From: Anaerosomatales bacterium
Lineage (GTDB): Bacteria; Actinomycetota; Coriobacteriia; Anaerosomatales; Anaerosomataceae
Length of the DNA: 24,000 bases
Direction of reading: 5' to 3'
NCBI GenBank assembly: GCA_030019445.1
Contig: JASEEU010000002.1
Location: 38,995-62,994, forward strand
Shown: piece by piece, positions 1 through 7,975 of the stretch
Layout of the letters: each line of letters opens with the position of its first letter
How positions within the stretch are numbered: the stretch's first letter is position 1
Notes under the pieces: generated by a model
What the model saw: the letters and a program-made list of their open reading frames with translations, nothing else
Database searches by the model: none
Told to the model about the DNA's origin: nothing
Translations under genes and position numbers: made by a program

Positions 1-635
1 TCGCCGCGGCGGGCCTCGTGCGTCCCTCGGCCGGCGAAGTGCTCGTGGGCGGCCGGGCAGTCGACGCTCCCCGGCTGAAGACCGCGCTCATCCTCCAGGA
101 TTTCGGCCTGCTACCGTGGAAGACCGTCTTCCACAACGCCGCGCTCGGACTTGAGATCCGCGGTGTCGCCGGAGCCGAACGTGCGCGGCTCGTGGCGGAG
201 GCGCTCGAGCGTCTCGGGCTGGCCGAGTTCGCCTCGGCCTATCCCGCCGAGCTCTCCGGCGGCATGCGCCAGCGTCTCGCGCTCGCCCGCGCGCTGGCGC
301 TCGACGCCGACACGCTGCTGATGGACGAGCCGCTCTCCGCGCTCGATGCGCTGACGCGCGAGGATCTCCAGGGCTTGCTGCTCGACATCTGGCGACAGCG
401 GCGCCATACAGCGATGCTCGTCACGCACTCGATAGAGGAGGCGGTCTTCCTCGGCAGGCGCGTCGTCGTCCTCTCGCCGCGGCCGGGTCGCGTCGCGGCC
501 GTGGTCGACAACCCGGAGATGGGTGCCGAGGGCTACCGGGAGACGTCCGCCTTCTACGAGCGGTGCGCCGAGCTCAGAGCGCTGCTCGCCGCTGAGGGCG
601 CGCTCCACGGCGCCGCCGCGGGCGGTGAGGCGTGA
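1..635 (+). CDS. ABC transporter ATP-binding subunit (NitT/TauT-like, sulfonate/nitrate/taurine type), 5'-truncated by the window edge
   Basis: The frame is open from nt 3. ABC signature LSGGMRQRLALARAL, Walker B LLMDEPLSALD and H-loop VTHS are present. Walker A must lie upstream of the window. Stop TGA 633-635 overlaps the permease start. Confidence 0.9.
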   Translation, partial: AAAGLVRPSAGEVLVGGRAVDAPRLKTALILQDFGLLPWKTVFHNAALGLEIRGVAGAERARLVAEALERLGLAEFASAYPAELSGGMRQRLALARALALDADTLLMDEPLSALDALTREDLQGLLLDIWRQRRHTAMLVTHSIEEAVFLGRRVVVLSPRPGRVAAVVDNPEMGAEGYRETSAFYERCAELRALLAAEGALHGAAAGGEA

Positions 636-1387
636 TGGGCTGGCTGCGGAGGGCGATCGGATATCTGGGCGCCGCCGCTGCGCTCGTCGCGGGATGGTGG
701 CTCCTTGCGCTCATCGTCGACTCGCCGGCGCTGCCGGGACCCGGCCTGGCGCTTGGCGACTTCGCGACGCTGTTCTTCTCGGACCTGCTCCCCGAGCTCG
801 GCGTGAGCGCGTGGCGCGTCGTGGCGTCGATGGCGATCAGCGTCGCGCTGGCCGCCCCGCTCGGCCTGCTCGTCGGGCGCAGCCCCCGGCTCGACGCGGT
901 CGTGGCCCCGATGATCTTCCTGACCTACCCCGTGCCCAAGATCGTCTTCCTGCCGGTGCTGCTCGTGCTGCTGGGCATCGGCGGGGCGCCCAAGATCGCG
1001 CTCATCGCGCTCATCGTCTTCTTCCAGATACTCGTCACCGCGCGCGACGCCGCCCGCCAGATCCCCGCGGCGTCGGTGCTGTCGGTGCGCTCGCTCGGAG
1101 CGACGCGATCCCAGGTGTTCCGCCATGTCGTCGTCCCGGCGGCGCTGCCCGACATCTTCACGGCGCTCAGGATCAGCACGGGGACGGCCATCGCCGTGCT
1201 GTTCTTCTCGGAATCGATCGCCGGCACGAGCGGCGTCGGCTACTACATCATCGATGCCTGGAGTCGGATCGCGTACAGCGAGATGTTCGCCGGGATCATC
1301 ACCATGGCGCTGCTCGGCGTCGTGCTCTACGAGCTGCTCGAGATGGCCGAGGCGCGCGTGTGCGCGTGGACGCGCGCGGGCCGGTAG
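635..1387 (+). CDS. ABC transporter permease (SsuC/TauC-like inner-membrane component)
   Basis: About 250 aa with roughly 6 hydrophobic helices and an EAA-type loop (ARDAARQIPAASVLSVRSLGATRSQVFRHVVVPAALP). ATG 635 overlaps the upstream stop (TGATG) with GAGG 4 nt upstream. GTG 632 is an alternative start. Confidence 0.88.
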   Translation: MGWLRRAIGYLGAAAALVAGWWLLALIVDSPALPGPGLALGDFATLFFSDLLPELGVSAWRVVASMAISVALAAPLGLLVGRSPRLDAVVAPMIFLTYPVPKIVFLPVLLVLLGIGGAPKIALIALIVFFQILVTARDAARQIPAASVLSVRSLGATRSQVFRHVVVPAALPDIFTALRISTGTAIAVLFFSESIAGTSGVGYYIIDAWSRIAYSEMFAGIITMALLGVVLYELLEMAEARVCAWTRAGR

Positions 1388-1420
1388 GGCCCGTGGTCCG
1401 CGGCGGCGCGTGGCCGGCGC

Positions 1421-1792
1421 TCAGGACTCGCCGAGCACCGCCTCGACGACGCTCCTGAGGCCCTTGGGGTCGAACGGCTTGGTGATGTACTCCGAGGCGC
1501 CGAGCTCGGCCCCCCGGAGCTTGTCGGCGACCTGCGCGGCCGTGGTGAGCATGACGACCTTCACGTCCTTGGTCTCCGCCCGCTTGCGCAGGAACTCGAG
1601 CACCTCGAACCCGTCGAGCTTGGGCATCTCGACGTCGAGCAGGACGAGGTCCGGAGGCGCCTCGATGGCCATCTCCACGGCTTCTTCGCCGTCGACTGCC
1701 TGGACGATATCGTGACCGAGCGAGCGCAGCGCGGCGTTCACGAGCATCCGGATCTGCATGTTGTCATCGGCGACCAGGATCCTCTTCGCCAT
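1421..1792 (-). CDS. Receiver-only (CheY-like) response regulator
   Basis: About 123 aa. Receiver hallmarks: ILVADD, LVLLDVEMP (phospho-acceptor Asp), VVMLT and ITKPF. There is no output domain. ATG 1792 sits just after GTG 1795, with an AAGGGG SD-like element upstream. Confidence 0.9.
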   Translation of the reverse strand: MAKRILVADDNMQIRMLVNAALRSLGHDIVQAVDGEEAVEMAIEAPPDLVLLDVEMPKLDGFEVLEFLRKRAETKDVKVVMLTTAAQVADKLRGAELGASEYITKPFDPKGLRSVVEAVLGES

Positions 1793-1818
1793 CACGGGGC
1801 CCCTTTCCGTGGTGGTGG

Positions 1819-2274
1819 CTACTCTTTGTCGCGGTGCATGATGTTGACGATCGTGTGCAGCTTGGCTTCGCGCCGCTGCCGTTCCCGCTCCACCTCGTCG
1901 CGGCGGGAGGGGTCGAGCATGGCCTCGATATGCTCGGCCACCTCCGACGGCTTGAACGGCTTGGGGATGTAGTCGACGTTCTCATCGGCCATCTGCTCGA
2001 CCTGCTCCTCGAACGTGCCCGCTGCCGAGAGGAACAGGATCGGCGTCTTCCGGGTGGCCTCGCGCTCGCGCAGGCGCTTGCGCACCTCGTGCCCGTCCAT
2101 CTTGGGCATCATCACGTCGAGTACGATGAGCTCGGGTTTCTCCGTCTCGGCCAGGCCGAGCGCTTCCATGCCGTTGTCGGCGGTGACGACGTTGAAGCCT
2201 CTGTTCCCGAGCGCCACGGTCAGCAGGCGCTGGATGTTCGGCTCGTCGTCGACGACCAGGATCGTGCGCTTCAT
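1819..2274 (-). CDS. Receiver-only response regulator with a ~30-aa charged C-terminal tail
   Basis: 151 aa. Motifs ILVVDDE, LIVLDVMMP, ILFLSA and IPKPF. The tail is DPSRRDEVERERQRREAKLHTIVNIMHRDKE. GGGAGG lies 5-6 nt upstream of ATG 2274. Confidence 0.9.
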   Translation of the reverse strand: MKRTILVVDDEPNIQRLLTVALGNRGFNVVTADNGMEALGLAETEKPELIVLDVMMPKMDGHEVRKRLREREATRKTPILFLSAAGTFEEQVEQMADENVDYIPKPFKPSEVAEHIEAMLDPSRRDEVERERQRREAKLHTIVNIMHRDKE

Positions 2275-2312
2275 GTGTCCCTCCCTTTCACTTCATCGGG
2301 CGAACGGGCCCG

Positions 2313-4487
2313 TCATACCTGTCGTTCCGGCGCGTGCGCGACCGCCTCGGCGATCCGCTGCACGAGCTCTCCCTCGTCGATGGGCTTGGCGATCTGGTCG
2401 GCCGCCAGCCTCAGGATGTCGGCCTTCGTCTGGTCCAGGCGATACGCGGTCATGATGACCACAGGGATGTCATGCGTGGCCTCGTCGGACTTGAGCTCCG
2501 CGAGGACCTCGTAGCCGTCCATCACGGGCATCCGTAGGTCGAGGAGCACGAGGTCGGGCGAGCGATGACGGACCGCGACCATCGCTTCCCGGCCGTCGTA
2601 GGCGGCGACGACGGCGAAGCCCTTGGACTTCAGGGTGTTGCAGATGAGGTCGTTGATGCGGCGGTCGTCATCGACGACCATCACGAGGGGCGAGGCCACC
2701 TCGCCAACGATGTCCTCGATGATCTCGACCAGACGGTCGCGGTCGATCGGCTTCTCGAGGTAGCCGGTGGCCCCCATACGCTGGCTCTTGCCCTCGTCGC
2801 AGATGATAGAGAGCACGACTACCGGTATCTTCGCGGTCATCGGCGTGTCTTTGAGCTTGCGGAGCAGGTCGAAGCCGTCACCGGAGTCCATGAGCACATC
2901 GAGCGTGATGGCCGAGGGCTTCTCGGCCACCGCGAGCTCGAAGGCGGTCTGCGAATCGTGCGCGACCAAGACGTCATAGCCCTGCTTTGCGAGGTAGGTC
3001 TGGATGAGGTCGCACGCCTCGGTGTTGGTGTCCACCACGAGCACCGTCCCGCCGACCTGCGAGGGGCCGTCGACCGTGGGCGTGCGCACGAGGTCGGGGG
3101 AGGCCTGGGGGAGCGTGAACCAGAACGTGCTGCCCGCGCCGGCCTCGCTCGTGACGCCGACCTCCCCGCCGAGAAGCTCGATGATCGACTTCACGATCGA
3201 GAGGCCCAGACCGGTGCCGCCGATCTCACGGGTGAGCTTGCTGTCCACGCGGTAGAACTTGGTGAACAGGCGCGCCATGTCCTCCTCGGCGATGCCGATC
3301 CCCTCATCCGTCACGCTCATGCGGACGAACCCGTCCTCCTCGGCGGCGCGCACCCAGATGCTGCCACCCTCGGGCGAGTACTTGATGGCGTTGCTGATGA
3401 AGTTGATGAGCACCTGGCCGACGCGGTCCGGGTCGCCCGCCACGCGGGGAAGGCCGTCGGGCACCTCGACGGTGATGGCGCGGTCCTGCTGCTCGAGCAC
3501 GGCCCGGAACGTGTCGACCGCGCCCCTGATGCGCTCGGCGACGTCGAGCGGCTGCACCTTGAGGTGGATACGCCCCGACTCGATCCGGGAGATGTCGAGA
3601 AGGTCGTTGATGAGATCGACGAGGCGGTCGGAGTTCTCCTTCACGATGCCGAGGAACTCGGTCTGTATCTCGTTCACCTCGCCGGCCTCACCGTCGAGGA
3701 TGAGGTCCACGTAGCCCTTGATCGACGTGAGCGGCGTCCGCAGCTCGTGCGATACCGTGGAGACGAACTCGTTCTTCATCTGGCCGATCTCGCGTTCGGC
3801 GGTCACGTCGTGCAGGGTCGCGACGAAGCCGAGGTAGTGCCCATGATCGTCGATGACCGGGTCCGTCCGCACGTCGATGATCCGGTGCGTCGGCTCCTCG
3901 ACCGTCACCTCGCGGACCTGTGATCCCTGGCTGCCGGGGTCGAAGCGGTCCTCGGGCTCAAGGCCGAAGAGGCTCCAGAGGTCCGGAGCGGTGTCCACGA
4001 GCTCCTTCGGATCGCGGGCGAGCAGCAGCCCCGCCGCGGGGTTCACGAACGTGATGCGCCCGTCTGCCGAGTACACGATGAGCCCGTCACCGGTGCTGGC
4101 GAGGATCGCCTCCGACCGCTTCCGGACGCGGGTGAGCTCCGTCTCATCATGCACGGCAACGACCAGACCGCATCCCTCCTCATCCTCGTAGGTGGCGATC
4201 GAGCAGCGCAGGTCGCGGCCGTCCACCCCCAGCGCCACAGAGCATCCCTCGGGACAGGAGCCGGAGGACAGGATCTCATCAAGCGCCTGGACGAGCGCGG
4301 GGCTGCGGAGCGCCGCGACGGGGTTGCCGACGACATCGGACCGGCTGAGGCCGAGCATCTCCTGCGCGGCCTCGTTCATGAGGCGGATCGTCCCGTCGCA
4401 CCGGATGGCGATGAGGCCCTCGACGGTGTGGGCCATGAGCGCGCGCACGTGGGTGAAGGAGCGACGGTCCTCGCGAGCCTCGGTCAT
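2313..4487 (-). CDS. Hybrid sensor histidine kinase: PAS-PAS-HisKA-HATPase_c-REC-REC
   Basis: H-box FVSTVSHELRTPLTSIKGY; G-box GGTGLGLSIVKSIIELLGG. Two PAS-like segments (GLIAIRCDGTIRLMNEAA and GLIVYSADGRITFVNPAA). Two receivers (ITLDVLM..VVVLS..EKP and LVLLDLRMP..VIMTA..AKP). I prefer ATG 4487 (MTEAR...), which has GGAGG at 4496-4500 seven nt upstream, over the ORF-track start at 4541. Confidence 0.9.
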   Translation of the reverse strand: MTEAREDRRSFTHVRALMAHTVEGLIAIRCDGTIRLMNEAAQEMLGLSRSDVVGNPVAALRSPALVQALDEILSSGSCPEGCSVALGVDGRDLRCSIATYEDEEGCGLVVAVHDETELTRVRKRSEAILASTGDGLIVYSADGRITFVNPAAGLLLARDPKELVDTAPDLWSLFGLEPEDRFDPGSQGSQVREVTVEEPTHRIIDVRTDPVIDDHGHYLGFVATLHDVTAEREIGQMKNEFVSTVSHELRTPLTSIKGYVDLILDGEAGEVNEIQTEFLGIVKENSDRLVDLINDLLDISRIESGRIHLKVQPLDVAERIRGAVDTFRAVLEQQDRAITVEVPDGLPRVAGDPDRVGQVLINFISNAIKYSPEGGSIWVRAAEEDGFVRMSVTDEGIGIAEEDMARLFTKFYRVDSKLTREIGGTGLGLSIVKSIIELLGGEVGVTSEAGAGSTFWFTLPQASPDLVRTPTVDGPSQVGGTVLVVDTNTEACDLIQTYLAKQGYDVLVAHDSQTAFELAVAEKPSAITLDVLMDSGDGFDLLRKLKDTPMTAKIPVVVLSIICDEGKSQRMGATGYLEKPIDRDRLVEIIEDIVGEVASPLVMVVDDDRRINDLICNTLKSKGFAVVAAYDGREAMVAVRHRSPDLVLLDLRMPVMDGYEVLAELKSDEATHDIPVVIMTAYRLDQTKADILRLAADQIAKPIDEGELVQRIAEAVAHAPERQV

Positions 4488-4577
4488 GCGGCCAGCCTCC
4501 TTTTGGGCGCACCTGTCCAAGGGCTGTATTCGGCCCCGCATGAGGGATTCCCTGCCAACGGGCTGGCGAGATGCGAA

Positions 4578-4601
4578 GGCCGCGGGACGATGCCCGCGGC
4601 C
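4578..4601 (-). terminator. GC-rich stem-loop immediately downstream of tRNA-Arg
   Basis: Perfect 9-bp stem GGCCGCGGG/CCCGCGGCC with a 6-nt loop, 13 nt past the tRNA 3' end on the minus strand. There is no clear U-tract. Confidence 0.4.
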
Positions 4602-4614
4602 GCTGGAGTGCGTA

Positions 4615-4690
4615 TGGTGCCCCCGGCAGGAATCGAACCTGCGACACCCGGTTTAGGAAACCGGTGCTCTATCCCCTGAGCTACGAGGGC
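4615..4690 (-). tRNA. tRNA-Arg (anticodon CCT)
   Basis: 76-nt cloverleaf folded by eye. Acceptor GCCCTCG/CGGGGGC, U8-A9, D arm GCTC-AGGGGATA-GAGC, anticodon arm CCGGT-TTCCTAA-ACCGG, T arm GCAGG-TTCGATT-CCTGC, discriminator A, encoded CCA. Confidence 0.93.
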
Positions 4691-4699
4691 GCGCCCGCC

Positions 4700-4705
4700 A
4701 TTGTA
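4700..4705 (-). promoter_or_regulatory. Candidate -10 hexamer (TACAAT) for tRNA-Arg
   Basis: TACAAT on the minus strand, 9 nt upstream of the mature tRNA 5' end. No convincing -35 element. Confidence 0.3.
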
Positions 4706-4788
4706 CCTGCGCGACGCAGCCGAAGGAAGCGCGGCGGCCCCGACGCTCTCTGCGGGTGGGTATCTTCTCCATACAGGAGACGTGAGCC

Positions 4789-5427
4789 GTGTACCGGGAC
4801 AGAGCACAAGCGGGCCAGGAGCTTGCCGAGGCGCTGCGTGAGCGCTTCGCCGACAGCGGCGCTGTCGTGCTCGGCCTGCCGAGGGGCGGGGTCGTCGTGG
4901 CGGCCGAGGTCGCCCGCGGGCTCCGCCTCCCGCTCGACATCATCGTGACGAGCAAGCTCGGCGCACCGGGCAATCCCGAGTTCGCGGTGGGCGCGGTGGA
5001 TGCCGAGGGGACGGTCATGCTGAACCCGAGCGTGAGCGTGCCGGAGTCCTACGTCGACGAGGAGGCCGGGCGCAAGGCGGCCGAAGTGCGTCGGCGGATC
5101 ACGGCGTATCGGGGCGATCGTCCCGCGCCGGACCTCGCGGGCCGCACCGTGCTCGTGGTCGATGACGGCCTCGCGACGGGCTCCACGATGCGGGCTGCGA
5201 TCGCCAGCGTGCGGGCTCGGGGAGGGCATCCCGTCGTCGCCGTGCCTGTCACGCCGCCCGACACCGCGACGCGTCTGCGGGCCGATGGCGTCGAGGTCAT
5301 AGCGCTGCGAGAACCCTGGGACTTCTACGCGGTCGGCCAGTTCTATCACGACTTCGGCCAGACGACCGATGCCGAGGTCATGGAGCTGCTGGCCGAGGCG
5401 TGGTCGCGCGAGACGGAAGGCGAGTGA
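4789..5427 (+). CDS. Type I phosphoribosyltransferase-family protein
   Basis: 212 aa. PRPP-binding loop VLVVDDGLATGSTMRAAI and N-terminal VLGLPRGGVVVA. GTG start with AGGAG 9 nt upstream. Confidence 0.85.
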   Translation: MYRDRAQAGQELAEALRERFADSGAVVLGLPRGGVVVAAEVARGLRLPLDIIVTSKLGAPGNPEFAVGAVDAEGTVMLNPSVSVPESYVDEEAGRKAAEVRRRITAYRGDRPAPDLAGRTVLVVDDGLATGSTMRAAIASVRARGGHPVVAVPVTPPDTATRLRADGVEVIALREPWDFYAVGQFYHDFGQTTDAEVMELLAEAWSRETEGE

Positions 5428-5433
5428 ACGCGG

Positions 5434-5459
5434 ACCGGCCCGCCGATCGGCGGGCCGGT
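5434..5459. terminator. Bidirectional stem-loop between the convergent PRTase and pknB genes
   Basis: Perfect 11-bp stem ACCGGCCCGCC/GGCGGGCCGGT with loop GATC, placed between the stops at 5427 (+) and 5487 (-). Confidence 0.6.
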
Positions 5460-5486
5460 TGGCGAATCGGTACCATGCCGAGAGGG

Positions 5487-7322
5487 CTACGGTCCTCCGG
5501 TCTTGCCGACGGTGAGCGTGACCGTGTCGCCCTTGTTCGCTGATGCATTGGGAATCGGGTCCTGCTCGAGGACCACACCGTCGTCGGGGTCGTCCACGTA
5601 CACGACTTCCACTCTCAGACCAAGGCTTGTGAGCGTCGCCCGGGCATCTTCCTCCAGCATCGTCGTGACGTCCGGGACGATGACGATCTCCGGCCCCTTG
5701 GACACCGTGATGGTGACCTGTGAACCGGCCGGGACGAAGACGTTGGGATCGGGGCTCTGGCTGATCACCTGACCCTTGGGGACGGTCTCGCTGAACTTCT
5801 CGACCGTCTTGACCTTGAAGCCCTCCGCCTCGAGGTCGGCGGTCGCGTCGGCCTGGGTCTTGCCGGTCACATCCGGGACCTGGACCTTCTCGGTACCCTT
5901 GGAGACGTAGAGAACGACCGGGCTGTCGATGGCTACCTGGGCGCCCGGCTCGGGATCGCTGCGGATGACCTGACCCTCGGGGACCTCGGTGTTGAACTCG
6001 TCCTCGGTATGGTCGTAGGTCAGGCCCGCCTCGCGGATTGCGGTGATGGCGTCGGCCTCCTGCATGCCGACCACGTCAGGCACGGTGGTCGTCTCGATCC
6101 CGGCGCTCACGACGATGTCGACCGGCGTCAGCTCCTCGACTCTGCTGCCTGCGCCCGGATCCTGGCGGATGATCTTCCCGAGCTCGACGCTCTCGCTGTA
6201 GGCGGTCGAGACCTCGCCGAGAACGAGGTTGGCCGCCGAGAGGGTCGATGACGCCTCTGACTCGGTCATCCCCACCACGCTCGGGACCACGACGTCTCCG
6301 CCCGAGAACGCGCCGAGCGCGAAAGCGAGGCCCACGCCCAGCAACGCGATGGCCGCTACGACGGCGACCCACACCCAGGGGCTGACGCGACGCTCGGGCA
6401 CCGGGTGAACGGCCGAGGCGGTGCGCACGCGTTCGGATCGCTCCACGGCGGGCATCACGGTCGTCTCGTCGATCGCCGCTCCGTACGCCGGAGCCGCGCC
6501 CACGGCTTCGCCGCTGATGACGCGCTTGAGGTCTTCACGCATCTCCTTGGCGGACGCGTAGCGGTCCGACGGGTTCTTCCGCATCGCCTTGAGGATCACG
6601 GTCTCGAGCGACGCCGGGATGGAAGGTCGGATCTCGCGAGGAGGCACAGGCTCTTCGTTGACCTGCTTGAGCGCGACCGCGACCGGCGTGTCGGCGTCGA
6701 ACGGGAGGCGGCCGGTCACGAGCTCGTACAGCGTCACGCCGAGCGAGTAGAGATCGGACGCGGGGCCGAGCGTCTTGCCCTGTGCCTGCTCGGGTGAGAT
6801 GTACTGCGCCGTGCCGAGCACCGACCCGGTCTGCGTCATGGTCGTGTTGCCCGCGCGGGCGATGCCGAAGTCCATGACCTTCACGGTGCTATCGGCGGTG
6901 ATGACGATGTTGTGCGGCTTGATGTCTCGGTGGATGACGTCGTAGCCGTGCGCTTCGGCGAGCGCCGAGCAGACCTGGCCGGCGATCTTCGCGGCCTGGA
7001 TGGGGTCGACGGGACCGCGCTGCTCGATCAGCTCCTTGAGATCGGTGCCTTTGACGTACTCCATCACGAGGTAGTAGGTGTCGTCCTCGCGTCCCCAGTC
7101 GTAGATGTTGACGATGTTGGGATGCGAGAGGTTCGCCGCCGCCTGCGCTTCCTGGCGGAAGCGCGCGACGAAGTTCGGCTCGGCGGCGTAGTGGGCGTGC
7201 AGCACCTTGACGGCGACGGTGCGGCCCAGCACCTCGTCCACGGCCTTGTAGACGTCGGCCATCCCGCCGGAGCCGATCTTCTCGGTCACCTTGTATCTGC
7301 GTCCGAAGACCATGTCCTCCAC
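5487..7322 (-). CDS. pknB: Ser/Thr protein kinase PknB type: Hanks kinase, one TM helix, four PASTA domains
   Basis: GSGGMADVYKA, VAVKVL, HRDIKPHN, DFGIA and SPEQ motifs. TM helix WVWVAVVAAIALLGVGLAFALGAF. GTG 7322 has AGGAG 6 nt upstream. It is the last gene of the fha-pstP-rodA cluster. Confidence 0.95.
   Translation of the reverse strand: MEDMVFGRRYKVTEKIGSGGMADVYKAVDEVLGRTVAVKVLHAHYAAEPNFVARFRQEAQAAANLSHPNIVNIYDWGREDDTYYLVMEYVKGTDLKELIEQRGPVDPIQAAKIAGQVCSALAEAHGYDVIHRDIKPHNIVITADSTVKVMDFGIARAGNTTMTQTGSVLGTAQYISPEQAQGKTLGPASDLYSLGVTLYELVTGRLPFDADTPVAVALKQVNEEPVPPREIRPSIPASLETVILKAMRKNPSDRYASAKEMREDLKRVISGEAVGAAPAYGAAIDETTVMPAVERSERVRTASAVHPVPERRVSPWVWVAVVAAIALLGVGLAFALGAFSGGDVVVPSVVGMTESEASSTLSAANLVLGEVSTAYSESVELGKIIRQDPGAGSRVEELTPVDIVVSAGIETTTVPDVVGMQEADAITAIREAGLTYDHTEDEFNTEVPEGQVIRSDPEPGAQVAIDSPVVLYVSKGTEKVQVPDVTGKTQADATADLEAEGFKVKTVEKFSETVPKGQVISQSPDPNVFVPAGSQVTITVSKGPEIVIVPDVTTMLEEDARATLTSLGLRVEVVYVDDPDDGVVLEQDPIPNASANKGDTVTLTVGKTGGP
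5490..6293 (-). repeat. Four tandem PASTA domains (protein-level repeat within pknB)
   Basis: Four units of about 65 aa, each starting xVPDVxG / VPSVVG and ending in a V(S)xG-type strand. Confidence 0.85.
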
Positions 7323-7372
7323 GGTAAGCTCCTGCTCGACTCGCAGCCGTTACGACCTGCTCGGAATCCTCG

Positions 7373-7975
7373 TCATTCTACCCCAAACGGCTCGTGCTCA
7401 CGAACCGCGCGCACCGCCGCGAGCGCCGCCGCGGCGGTGGCCGAGGCGAAGGCACAGGCACTGACGAGGTAGAGCGCGAGCATCAGGTAGAGGGCCTCCA
7501 TGTCCGCCATGCTGCCCGCGGTGAACTCTCCTGACGCCGCCAGGGCCAGCACGCCGCCGAGGGCGGCGGTGAGATAGATGAGGAAGACCCAGCGTGCGGC
7601 GTTGCGATGCCACTCGCGCGCGAAGAGCACGGAGGCCACGACGCCGGCCAGAGCGAGCGGCAGTGGCGCCATGAACAGCACGGCGAATACGCCCATGGCC
7701 GAATCGGCGCCTGAGAGGAGGATCACGACGGCGGTCCCGAGCAGGAGACCGATCGTGCCGGCGACGACGCGCGACGCGGTCGGCAGCTTGAAGCCGAACA
7801 CCACCGCCGAGATCGACGCGACGATCGCGGGCGCGGAAGCGGCGATGAGGCCGAACGGGGGCTCGGCGAAACCGGCGACGGGCGCGAACCAGCCGGCTGT
7901 CACGACACCCCAGGCGACCCCGGCGCTCAGCGCGCCCGCCCAGATGAGCATCCCTCGAACGTATCGCCGCATCAT
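7373..7975 (-). CDS. Polytopic membrane protein of unknown function (about 6 TM helices)
   Basis: About 200 aa, Ala/Gly/Val-rich and hydrophobic. ATG 7975 overlaps the PBP stop (ATGA). The ORF-track extension to 8107 would overlap the PBP gene and is Arg-rich. Confidence 0.7.
   Translation of the reverse strand: MMRRYVRGMLIWAGALSAGVAWGVVTAGWFAPVAGFAEPPFGLIAASAPAIVASISAVVFGFKLPTASRVVAGTIGLLLGTAVVILLSGADSAMGVFAVLFMAPLPLALAGVVASVLFAREWHRNAARWVFLIYLTAALGGVLALAASGEFTAGSMADMEALYLMLALYLVSACAFASATAAAALAAVRAVREHEPFGVE

Noticed and set aside
523-1458. 311-aa plus-strand ORF overlapping the ABC permease in another frame.
   Set aside because: It is an Arg/Pro/Ala-rich shadow frame. The permease frame shows hydrophobic helices and an EAA-type loop, and it is translationally coupled to the ATPase gene.
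4488-4541. An 18-codon N-terminal extension of the hybrid kinase (ORF-track start at 4541).
   Set aside because: The internal ATG at 4487 has a perfect GGAGG 7 nt upstream, and that GGAGG sits inside the proposed extension. The extension (MRGRIQPLDRCAQKEAGR) adds nothing domain-like.
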